Positions 10,401 to 16,898 of a DNA stretch of 43,230 bases are shown here, piece by piece. This DNA comes from an uncultured Clostridia bacterium. GTDB lineage: Bacteria > Bacillota > Clostridia > TANB77 > CAG-508. Below the pieces are notes generated by a model that made no database searches, was not told the origin of the DNA, and worked only from the letters and a program-made list of their open reading frames with translations. How positions within the stretch are numbered: the stretch's first letter is position 1; each line of letters opens with the position of its first letter. The translations under genes were made by a program, and so were the position numbers. The stretch spans positions 1 through 43,230 of the forward strand of contig CANQRS010000002.1 in the NCBI GenBank assembly GCA_947626295.1, in the 5' to 3' direction.

Positions 10401-11085
10401 TAAAGATAGCTATATCGAAGATATAGAATTAATACCAAATCAAATAGAAAATAAAAAAGAAATATTCGATTTAGCATTATTAAAATATGTATCAAAAGTA
10501 ATAGTAACAGATAATGGAACAACAACTACAACGAAAACAGGAAATACTGGAGCAGATACAGATATTGTACCTAAAGTAGAAATAAACAAAAAGAGATTAA
10601 AATCTACAGTTGTAAAATTTGAATATGTAATAAAAATTACAAACGAAGGTGAAATAGAAGGATATGCTACAGAAATAACGGATTATGTACCAAACGGATT
10701 AAAATTCTATTCTGAAGATAATAAAGGCTGGAAGGAAAAAGAAGATGGAGTAATCACAACAGATTTATTAAAAGATAAATTATTACAACCAGGAGAAAGT
10801 GCTACAGTAACAGTAGTATTTAGATGGATAAATGGAAGTAAGAATTTAGGAGTAAAAACAAATGTTGCTGAAATCTCTAAAGACAAAAACCAATGGGGAG
10901 TACACGATAGAGATTCAATTCCAGGAAATAAAGCACAGAATGAAGACGACATTGATGATGCACAAGTTTTATTATCAATAAAAACAGGACTTGTAACAAA
11001 TATACTTAAATATGTAAGTGGTACATTAGTAATATTAGTTGTATTAGCAGGAGGAATTGTATTAATTAAAAGATATGTATTATAA
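4477..11085 (+). CDS. Giant (2202 aa) cell-surface adhesin. Order of parts: signal peptide, thioester (TQXA/TED-like) domain, 3 x DUF11/TIGR01451-like modules, 2 x [CnaB - pilin-type isopeptide domain - CnaB], a fourth DUF11-like module, and a C-terminal sorting-signal-like tail
   Basis: Signal peptide ending VYA/AD. 'DLYCVNSNYG' (Cys90) and 'VQQAAIWYFTN' (Gln226). FDLAL(R/L)K...NEGxIxGYA...DRDS..(E)DDxDD modules start near nt 5815, 6544, 7183 and 10465. 'GVEFAIYANEQDA...YWISEIAPLDGY' is CnaB/SpaA-like. The tail is SIKTG + hydrophobic stretch + KRYVL. Confidence 0.85.
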   Translation: MKKIKSVIFILILTVLMLFSVFANGVYAADTRNVQITKSRHIRSSSGVYNDILRGYGIQERDISSARTHPIYELLSKDSGGHIISNDLYCVNSNYGVTFNQQDRYGTAIYHRQYDLANKTELKSQLSSSGYTVVVRDDVYGPLMWILDNIYVVKSATTDEETTNAIRSVLSNAGIKYGRNPEYPSVQKDMYYYEGKYLTSYGIDGYRDDEQKDVVLTADIIQAVQQAAIWYFTNYTAQGENTYNNYNTNTKENQWLQYITASSDMDKENPDDYLPLTKENKKGAMLQEQASILYNYLVDGAKAAGKDYTSASKASLKLEGNTIIQESGSNYVIGPIKATVEGTASNLTVKVKTGASYETDISSNITLQSRVDGGTISSIKENSDFYVSVPKANVNGSVRVSVTADISTTKKTLWADNSQAEQPIVEVEKQTEQKEANVEVTPRVKMFDLALRKQIISVNGENNNLYNEEGLPAQRSLDANPSSISDTGTATYKHRKDPIVVKEGDIVTYRISIYNEGDINGYASKIIDQLPTGLVFDETMGATVVSSKGNTYKITYTSNNNQVLLEVQGNPTSIPAYVDTLQCETIDIKCKVKQKAETDGETSHYLTNIAYIAEAKDSEGNKIDRDRNNTESQPTKSPNKTTDELNNTDAPEYKGDNNNQSVYDDSNNEYYYKGEEDDDDFEILTVLPKEFDLKLMKYISEVNGEKTDRTITEDITDLASGKKTTAKYNVSKEPILVETGDYVTYTFRIYNEGEINGYASKITEDIPEGLQFTTVGTTQADREAIEYNNQMGWTLDEGGKTVSTNYLSTEDKLIKAFNGKKLDSKEVSIKFKVITTDVKKIVRNEAAITEDLDEDKKPVNDRDSKPEDWNKDDEEDDFYDDNPDYPKYKEDDEDYDNIKVRTFDLALRKYISKVSSTKDFDEGTTSEYNRAPQEDVSKLNEEKENGEIETTAEYKHSKQPLLVDVGDYILYTIRVYNEGDIDGYAKEIVDILPEYLDFVDSTDSYINSINSKWTYNPKTREVRTTALENRKLLAFNGGELDSADVQIICKVNENVLENAKLTNIAEITKYADEKGPREKDRDSQQDNFNKPDDVPGYKDEEINKQENDEYIPGQEDDDDFEKVIVRAKAKYNLQLIKQDKDGEELDSTAKFKVATGTQNVDEAEEVEVTGHLIIAQDVEINKNNVSEKDIYTIKETQAPDGYCEFGGIIKITVNKGISEDGKKYEVKSADYEVVDEQGNTMETEDAKVYVNDEGNIFVTVKDYEEPEIHKGVKDVENQDSGYNGEEEQEWVINTSIPSDIEKYKEYEVVDDIDYRLNFLGEENVTVKIGETTLEEKTDYILSYEENANGVQEKTNSGTLKITFINDTKQISDNLKQNKEGIIEIRFKTEFAKDEDGKLLAQMGVDVENQAILEYTNGSKVQKEKKSETPEVHTGGVTLFKYYDENGDKVALEGVEFAIYANEQDAINKENELATATSEADGIVRFLNLQYGEDANDDDNNITQDGTYEYDSSVKGTAYWISEIAPLDGYVGIDTPIEVTINKDSYIEDIELIENQIENKKIEGSYNVILVKQDKDGEQLNEKAKFKVAKGTQTLEEAEEVEVTGRLTIAEDVKINGDNVSESDTYMVQETQAPDKYCEFDGIINITVNKRISEDETKYEVDSVDYTVLDSEGNVMETQDATVYLNDDGNIYVEVKDYEEPEIHKGVKDVENQDSGYNGEEEQEWVVTVNIPGDIEKYKEYSVEDDIDYRLNFLGEENVVVKIGETTLEEGTDYILSYEENENGVQEKTNSGHLSVIFINDTKQISDNLKQNKEGIIEIRFKTEFAKDEDGKLLAQMGVDVENQAILEYTNGSNIKEEKKSETPEVHTGGVTLFKYYDENGKKVALEGVEFAIYANEQDAKNKQNELATASSEKDGIVRFTNLQYGEDANDDENNKTQNGTYEYNSSEKGTEYWIAETKALEGYTEIKEPIKVVLNKDSYIEDIELIPNQIENKKEIFDLALLKYVSKVIVTDNGTTTTTKTGNTGADTDIVPKVEINKKRLKSTVVKFEYVIKITNEGEIEGYATEITDYVPNGLKFYSEDNKGWKEKEDGVITTDLLKDKLLQPGESATVTVVFRWINGSKNLGVKTNVAEISKDKNQWGVHDRDSIPGNKAQNEDDIDDAQVLLSIKTGLVTNILKYVSGTLVILVVLAGGIVLIKRYVL
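7861..10464 (+). repeat. In-frame tandem duplication, 2 x 1302 nt (434 codons), inside the adhesin gene
   Basis: Copy 1 is 7861-9162 and copy 2 is 9163-10464, with a constant 1302-nt offset checked at several anchors (7888/9190, 8281/9583, 8571/9873). Nt 8562-8729 are identical base for base to 9864-10031 (168 nt). Confidence 0.9.
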
Positions 11086-11090
11086 AAATA

Positions 11091-11124
11091 AAAATGTGAG
11101 ATTATAAAAATCTCACATTTTTAT
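11091..11124 (+). terminator. Rho-independent terminator
   Basis: aaaatgtgagat (11091-11102) pairs with atctcacatttt (11110-11121), followed by a T-run. Confidence 0.85.
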
Positions 11125-11201
11125 ATGTAAATAAATATTGAAAAAATCTATTTAATATAGTAAAATAAGGTAAGAAACAATAAGAAAAAGGAATTTTGAA
11201 T

Positions 11202-11669
11202 ATGAAAAAAGAAAAAAATATAGTATTAATACTAATATGTGTGTTAGTATTAATAGACCAAATATTAAAAATCTATATAATCAATGCAGATACAGAATTA
11301 ATATTTTCAAATGGGTGGGAGATATCAGCAGAAAAAGATGTTACATCTGAAGATAATGTTATATATATAGCAATAAATTTATTAATGATTTTATTCTTAG
11401 TTAGATATATAAGAAGCAATAATGTATATATAAAATTAAAAAATAAACTCGTATTAAGTTTTGCAATAGCAGGAGTAGCAAGTAATTTAATAGATAGAAT
11501 TTGGAATGGGAGTGTAATAAACTATATAAAAATCCCCCAATTTACAACATTAAATTTAGCATATATATATATACTGGTTATGTGGATAGGAATGGCAGCA
11601 CTTATGACTAGTTATACAATGGAGAGGATAAAGGAGAAAAATGGAAAAAAAGCTAATAGTAGAAAATGA
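11202..11669 (+). CDS. Signal peptidase II (LspA)-like membrane protein, divergent, with one catalytic Asp replaced
   Basis: Sits immediately upstream of, and overlapping, rluD, which is the canonical lspA-rluD arrangement. 'LIDQILK', 'AGVASNLIDR' (GNxxDR-like) and 'LNLAY' in place of FN(L/V)AD. ATG 11202 is preferred to TTG 11196. Confidence 0.55.
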   Translation: MKKEKNIVLILICVLVLIDQILKIYIINADTELIFSNGWEISAEKDVTSEDNVIYIAINLLMILFLVRYIRSNNVYIKLKNKLVLSFAIAGVASNLIDRIWNGSVINYIKIPQFTTLNLAYIYILVMWIGMAALMTSYTMERIKEKNGKKANSRK

Positions 11670-12549
11670 AGAAAATAAAAGAATAGATGCGTATATATCA
11701 ACAGTTGAACAATATTCAAGAACAACGGTTCAAAGACTTATAGAAGAACAAAAAATCACTGTAAACGGGAATTTTACAAAACCTTCGTATAGAGTACAAA
11801 AAGGAGATGTAGTATTAATACAACAAGAACCTGCAAAAGAAATTGAATTAAAAGCTCAAAACTTACCAATAGAAGTTATATATGAAGATAATGATATAAT
11901 AGTTGTAAATAAGCCAAAGGGAATGGTAGTACATCCCGCAAATGGAAATCCAGACGGAACATTAGTAAATGCAATAATGGCTATATGTAAAGATACACTT
12001 TCTGGCATAGGTGGAGAAATACGACCAGGAATTGTTCATAGATTAGACAAAAATACCTCAGGAGCTATAATAATAGCAAAAAACGATAAATCTCATATTA
12101 ATTTAAGTGAACAATTAAAAAATCACGAAATAAAAAAGACGTATATAGCATTAGTAAGAGGTAGAGTAAAAGAAAATCAAGCAACAATAAATATGCCTAT
12201 AGCTAGAAGTAAAAAAGATAGAAAGAAAATGGCAGTAGATAGAAATGGAAAAGAAGCAATTACTCATTTTGAAGTTTTAAAGAGATATAATGATTGTACA
12301 TTGTTAAAAATTAATATAGAGACTGGTAGAACACATCAAATAAGAGTACATTTATCACAAATAGGATATCCAATTATAGGTGATGAAGTTTATTCAAATG
12401 GAAAGAATAAATGGAATGTTGAAGGACAATGTTTACACGCAAAAAGCTTAGAATTTAGGCACCCAACTACAGGAAAAAAAATTCATATAGAAGCGGAAAT
12501 ACCAAAATATTTCCAAGAAATATTAGATGAATTGGATAACGAAATTTAA
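11641..12549 (+). CDS. rluD: 23S rRNA pseudouridine synthase, RluA/RluD family
   Basis: S4 domain 'RIDAYIS...SRTTVQRLIEEQKITVNG', 'HRLDKNTSG', 'GRTHQIRVH'. Confidence 0.9.
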   Translation: MEKKLIVENEENKRIDAYISTVEQYSRTTVQRLIEEQKITVNGNFTKPSYRVQKGDVVLIQQEPAKEIELKAQNLPIEVIYEDNDIIVVNKPKGMVVHPANGNPDGTLVNAIMAICKDTLSGIGGEIRPGIVHRLDKNTSGAIIIAKNDKSHINLSEQLKNHEIKKTYIALVRGRVKENQATINMPIARSKKDRKKMAVDRNGKEAITHFEVLKRYNDCTLLKINIETGRTHQIRVHLSQIGYPIIGDEVYSNGKNKWNVEGQCLHAKSLEFRHPTTGKKIHIEAEIPKYFQEILDELDNEI

Positions 12550-12566
12550 TAGAAGGGAAATAAAAT

Positions 12567-13277
12567 ATGGCAGAAGAAAGATTGCAAAAATATCTAGCAA
12601 GATGTGGTATTGCATCAAGAAGGAAATGTGAAGAATTAATTATAAATGGAAAAGTAGAAGTTAATGGTAAAGTAGTAACAGAATTGGGAACAAAAGTAAC
12701 GGAAAAAGACGAAGTAAAATATAATAAAAAAGTAGTAAAATTGCCAGAAGAAAAAGTATATATTTTATTAAATAAACCAATAGGATATGTAACAACAGTT
12801 AAGGACCAATTTAATAGAGATACAGTGTTAGATTTAGTAAAAGTTAAACAAAGAATAGTACCGGTTGGTAGATTAGATATGTTTACATCAGGAGCATTAA
12901 TTTTGACAAATGATGGTGAGTTTGTAAATAAACTAACACATCCTAAAAATGAAATAAACAAAACATATAATGTAACTGTATCAGGAATTGTGGAAAATGA
13001 AGATATTGAAAAATTGCGAAATGGTGTTGAAATAGAAGGTGGATATATTACAAAACCTGCTAAAGTTAAAATTTTAAAGATAGACAAAGAAAAAAATTAT
13101 TCAAGGCTTCAAATAGTCATATCTGAAGGAAAAAACAGACAAATAAGGAAAATGTGTGAAGCAGTAAATAAAAAAGTAATTTCATTACATAGAAGTAAAA
13201 TTGGAAACATAGATGTAAAAGATTTAAAAATTGGAAGCTGGAGATATTTAAGTGAAAAAGAAATAATGAATATATAA
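12567..13277 (+). CDS. rluB: rRNA pseudouridine synthase, RsuA/RluB family
   Basis: 'RLQKYLARCGIASRRKCEELI' is an S4 domain. 'VGRLDMFTSGALILTNDG' and 'EGKNRQIRKM' also match. Confidence 0.85.
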   Translation: MAEERLQKYLARCGIASRRKCEELIINGKVEVNGKVVTELGTKVTEKDEVKYNKKVVKLPEEKVYILLNKPIGYVTTVKDQFNRDTVLDLVKVKQRIVPVGRLDMFTSGALILTNDGEFVNKLTHPKNEINKTYNVTVSGIVENEDIEKLRNGVEIEGGYITKPAKVKILKIDKEKNYSRLQIVISEGKNRQIRKMCEAVNKKVISLHRSKIGNIDVKDLKIGSWRYLSEKEIMNI

Positions 13278-13289
13278 AGGAAAGATATT

Positions 13290-14153
13290 ATGGATAATGT
13301 TCGTTTTGATAAAACAAAAAAAGTTGGAATTTTAGGAATTATAGGAAACTTATTTTTGTTGTTTATTAAAGGAATTATAGGGGTAACAACACATAGTCAG
13401 GCAATGATTGCAGATTCATTTAATAGTGCTGGAGATATATTTGCATCAATAATGACTTTTATAGGCAATAAAATTTCTAGTGTGCCTAATGATGCTGACC
13501 ATAATTTTGGACACGGAAAAGCAGAATATATTTTTTCTATGTTTATTGGTGTATCAATGATAATGGTAGCATTCAAATTATTATATGACTCTATAAGAAC
13601 TATAATATTTGGAAGTAATTTAATATTTTCATATACATTAATAATAGTTTGTATTATAACAATAATAATTAAATTAGCATTATTTTTGTATAGTAATTCT
13701 GTGGCAAAAAAAGTAGATAATGTGCTTTTAAGGGCAAATGTTAGTGACCATAGAAACGATTGTATAATAACAACATTTACTTTAATATCTACATTGCTTA
13801 GTATAAAAGGGTGGTATTTATTTGATAGTATTGTAGGTACAGGAATTTCTTTATGGATTGGATATACAGGTATAAAAATTTTTATGGAAAGCTATAATGT
13901 ATTAATGGATATTTCTGTAGATGAAAATACTAAGAATTTAATTTTGACAATCGCGAATAATTATAAAGAAATAAAAAAAGTTATAAATATTTATTCATCA
14001 CCTGTGGGATATAAATATATGATTTTTATAACAATAGGAGTAGATGGGAATATGACAACATTTAAAAGTCATAGTTTGGCAGATTCACTTGAAAAAAGTG
14101 TGTCAAAATTAAATAATGTATATAATACTATTGTGCACGTAGAACCAATGTAA
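13290..14153 (+). CDS. Cation diffusion facilitator (CDF) family transporter
   Basis: Six predicted TM segments. 'HSQAMIADSFNSAGDIF' and 'DADHNFGHGKAEY' are CDF signatures. Confidence 0.85.
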   Translation: MDNVRFDKTKKVGILGIIGNLFLLFIKGIIGVTTHSQAMIADSFNSAGDIFASIMTFIGNKISSVPNDADHNFGHGKAEYIFSMFIGVSMIMVAFKLLYDSIRTIIFGSNLIFSYTLIIVCIITIIIKLALFLYSNSVAKKVDNVLLRANVSDHRNDCIITTFTLISTLLSIKGWYLFDSIVGTGISLWIGYTGIKIFMESYNVLMDISVDENTKNLILTIANNYKEIKKVINIYSSPVGYKYMIFITIGVDGNMTTFKSHSLADSLEKSVSKLNNVYNTIVHVEPM

Positions 14154-14173
14154 ACTAATTTTTGTATTTTCTA

Positions 14174-14202
14174 TTGATAAATAAATACAAATATAATATA
14201 AT
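14174..14202 (+). promoter_or_regulatory. Sigma-A type promoter upstream of plsY
   Basis: TTGATA (14174-14179), 17 nt, TATAAT (14197-14202). Confidence 0.45.
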
Positions 14203-14232
14203 AACGATAGCAATAAAAAAGGAGGAATTGAT

Positions 14233-14871
14233 ATGACAGTATATATAGTAGTTTCAATAATTGCTTATGCAATAGGTAGCATAAATTTTTCGGTAATAAT
14301 AAGTAGAAAAATGGCTGGATTTGATGTAAGAGAAAAGGGAAGCGGAAATGCAGGAACAACAAATGTATTAAGGAGTGTTGGAATAAAAGCAGCAGCATTA
14401 ACTTTATTATGTGATATACTAAAAGGAGTAATTTCAGTATTAATAGCTTTTATAGCAGGAAAAATCATAAAAGATGCTGACCAAGCTCTATTAATACAAT
14501 TAGCAGGAATATTTGTTATTTTAGGACACACTTTCCCAATATTTTTTGAATTTAAAGGAGGAAAAGGTGTTGCTACAGCCTTAGGAGTTTTACTCGTAAC
14601 AAATTGGAAAATAGGATTAATATGTTTAGTGTTTGCCTTAGTTATAATCATATTTAGTAAAATGGTATCTATGGGAGCAGTAGGAGCAGCAATATTATTT
14701 CCAATATTAACTTTATTTATTGGTGAAAGTTTTATCGTACCATCATCAGGAATAAAATATTTTGTATATAGTTTAATATTAGCACTATTAGTGATATTTA
14801 ATCATAGACAAAATCTAAAAAGAATATTAGATGGAACAGAAAATAAAATAAGTTTTAAAAACAAAATGTAG
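14233..14871 (+). CDS. plsY: Glycerol-3-phosphate acyltransferase PlsY
   Basis: 'GSGNAGTTNVLR', 'FKGGKGVATALG'. Strong RBS AAGGAGG. Confidence 0.9.
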   Translation: MTVYIVVSIIAYAIGSINFSVIISRKMAGFDVREKGSGNAGTTNVLRSVGIKAAALTLLCDILKGVISVLIAFIAGKIIKDADQALLIQLAGIFVILGHTFPIFFEFKGGKGVATALGVLLVTNWKIGLICLVFALVIIIFSKMVSMGAVGAAILFPILTLFIGESFIVPSSGIKYFVYSLILALLVIFNHRQNLKRILDGTENKISFKNKM

Positions 14872-14892
14872 TAAAACGGAAAGGAAACAAAT

Positions 14893-15885
14893 ATGAAAAA
14901 AATTGCAATAATAGGTAGTGGTAGCTGGGGAGTAGCACTTGCAATTCACTTAGCAAGTACAGGAAATAAAATAAATTTGTGGTCATTTAATGAAGAAGAA
15001 GCAAATATGATAAATGAGCAAAAGAAATGCAAATTTTTACCCAAAGTTACAATACCAGAAGGAATAGAATGTACAACAGATTTTAAACAAGCTATAGATG
15101 GGGCAGACTTTATATTACACGTAACACCATCAAAGTTTACAAGAGATACAGTAAAGAAATATAAACAATACGTTGATTGTAAAAAACAACCTATAATAAT
15201 ATGCTCAAAAGGAATTGAAAAAGATACAATATTAACACTTGACGAGGTTATAAAGGAAGAAATGCCAGAGGCAAGAATCGGTGTACTATCTGGACCAAGT
15301 CACGCAGAAGAAGTATCTATAGCAATACCAACTGTACTTGTTGTAGCATCAAAAGAAGAAGAAATACAACATCTAATTCAAGATACATTTATGAATGAAA
15401 ATATGAGAGTTTATTCATCTTATGATGTAAAAGGTGTAGAATTAGGTGGAGCTTTGAAAAACATAATAGCATTTTGTGCAGGAGTTATAGCAGGATTAGG
15501 TTATGGAGATAATACCTTCGCAGCTCTTATAACAAGAGGATTAACCGAAATTAGAAGATTAGGAATGGAAATGGGCGGAGAAAGTAAAACATTATATGGG
15601 CTAAGCGGTTTAGGAGATTTAATAGTTACTTGTTTGAGTGAGCATAGTAGAAATAGAAAAGCTGGTAAACTTATAGGTCAAGGAATGACAATAGAAGAAG
15701 CACAAAAAGAAATAGGAATGACTGTTGAAAGTATAGACAATATAGAAGTGGCAAAAAAATTAAGTCAGCAATATGGTATATCAATGCCAATGGTAGATGC
15801 GGTATATGGTATATTATATGAAGGATTAAAGCCTGAAGAAGCAATAAGAACATTAATGACAAGAGAGAAAAAGATGGAAGACTAA
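14893..15885 (+). CDS. gpsA: NAD(P)H-dependent glycerol-3-phosphate dehydrogenase
   Basis: 'IAIIGSGSWGVALA' Rossmann motif, 'GPSHAEEV', 'GALKNIIA'. Adjacent to plsY. Confidence 0.9.
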   Translation: MKKIAIIGSGSWGVALAIHLASTGNKINLWSFNEEEANMINEQKKCKFLPKVTIPEGIECTTDFKQAIDGADFILHVTPSKFTRDTVKKYKQYVDCKKQPIIICSKGIEKDTILTLDEVIKEEMPEARIGVLSGPSHAEEVSIAIPTVLVVASKEEEIQHLIQDTFMNENMRVYSSYDVKGVELGGALKNIIAFCAGVIAGLGYGDNTFAALITRGLTEIRRLGMEMGGESKTLYGLSGLGDLIVTCLSEHSRNRKAGKLIGQGMTIEEAQKEIGMTVESIDNIEVAKKLSQQYGISMPMVDAVYGILYEGLKPEEAIRTLMTREKKMED

Positions 15886-15973
15886 AGTATAAAAAGAAAG
15901 AAATCATTACATAATATATAATAATAAATGTATAATGTTGAATATTTCAACAAAAGAAAGGAATGTGAATAAA

Positions 15974-16435
15974 ATGGAATTTTTTGAAAAATTAGGAAAA
16001 AAAGCTTCAGCTACATATAAAACAGCAGCTGAAAAAACATCTAAAATAGCAAGTGAAACAAAATTAAAAATGAAAATAGGAGACAAAAAATCAAAAATTG
16101 AAGATGTATATACAGAAATAGGAAAAAAGGTATATCAAAAGTACGTTTTAGATGGAGAACTAAATATCAAAAATGATATTGACGAAGAATTAAAAAGAAT
16201 AAACGAATTATCTGATGAAATAAAAGAATATGAAAAAGAAATTTTAGCATTATCAGATATGAGAGAATGTGTAAACTGTAAAAATGTTATAGATAAATAT
16301 GCTAAATTTTGCCAATTCTGTGGAGCAAAGCAGCCAGAAGAAAAAATAGAAGAAGCTCAAGTACCAGAAATCATAAATGAAAATGAGAATTCAGAAGAAA
16401 CAAAAACAGATGAAGATACAGAAAATAATGAATAA
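15974..16435 (+). CDS. Zinc-ribbon domain protein with a coiled-coil N-terminal part
   Basis: 'CVNCKNVIDKYAKFCQFCG' CxxC...CxxC ribbon. ATG 15974 ('MEFFEKLGKK') is preferred over the track start at 15935. Confidence 0.6.
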   Translation: MEFFEKLGKKASATYKTAAEKTSKIASETKLKMKIGDKKSKIEDVYTEIGKKVYQKYVLDGELNIKNDIDEELKRINELSDEIKEYEKEILALSDMRECVNCKNVIDKYAKFCQFCGAKQPEEKIEEAQVPEIINENENSEETKTDEDTENNE

Positions 16436-16440
16436 AATAA

Positions 16441-16471
16441 AAAGGGTAAAGCTATATAGTTTTGCCCTTTT
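16441..16471. terminator. Bidirectional hairpin between convergent genes
   Basis: aaagggtaaa (16441-16450) pairs with tttgcccttt (16461-16470), with one G-U pair. Confidence 0.5.
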
Positions 16472-16751
16472 AATAAGGATATCTTTCAAAGAGATATTTA
16501 ATTACATCATTAGCATTAGCTTCAGTTATATTTATAAAAACATCTTTATCAAGGCAAATCCACATAGTTAACTCAAAAATATCTTTATTATCTATATAAG
16601 TACCAATTATATCAGAAATTTCAATAGGATTTTTATATTCCTTTTTCCATTTAAGATGATTTTCAATATCTAAATTTGTATTGTAAAATTTACTTAAAAA
16701 ATTATTTATTTCGCCCTTTTTTTGACTTTGCAAAATTACTGTTACTAACAT
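16470..16751 (-). CDS. Hypothetical 93-aa cytosolic protein (orphan)
   Basis: Good RBS (AAGGAG, 6 nt, ATG). An upstream TTGACA and an A/T-rich -10-like box lie on the minus strand near 16770-16805. Amino-acid composition is balanced, unlike the antisense artefact ORFs. Confidence 0.6.
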   Translation of the reverse strand: MLVTVILQSQKKGEINNFLSKFYNTNLDIENHLKWKKEYKNPIEISDIIGTYIDNKDIFELTMWICLDKDVFINITEANANDVIKYLFERYPY

Positions 16752-16898
16752 TTTATGCTCCTTAAAAGTAAAATATAATATTAGTATGGAATTTTATTTG
16801 TCAAAATATACGAAAAAAACATTATCACTGTTTTTAGGAAAAATATTGAAAAATGTTAGTTAATAGTATAAAATATGTATCAAAGCAAGGAGGAGGCT

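Noticed and set aside
7861-10464. Large repeats that could be mistaken for a CRISPR array or a mobile element.
   Set aside because: The repeats are in-frame 1302-nt coding duplications inside one continuous ORF. There are no short repeat/spacer units and no transposase.
12467-13087. 206-aa minus-strand ORF antisense to rluB. Similar long antisense ORFs occur at 38082-38681 (opposite ftsZ), 33840-34346 (divIB), 19188-19661 and 18980-19501 (groEL), 28867-29322 (femX-like), 29446-29853, 37390-37812, 21594-22109, 5631-6014, 9443-9841 and others.
   Set aside because: All lie fully inside strongly supported genes on the other strand. They have Leu/Phe/Ser/Ile-dominated low-complexity translations and lack RBSs. 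This is the expected artefact of Lys/Glu/Asn-rich coding sequence in an AT-rich genome.
16377-16571. 64-aa + strand ORF overlapping the end of the zinc-ribbon gene and the orphan minus-strand gene.
   Set aside because: No RBS, it crosses a terminator hairpin, and the translation is low complexity.
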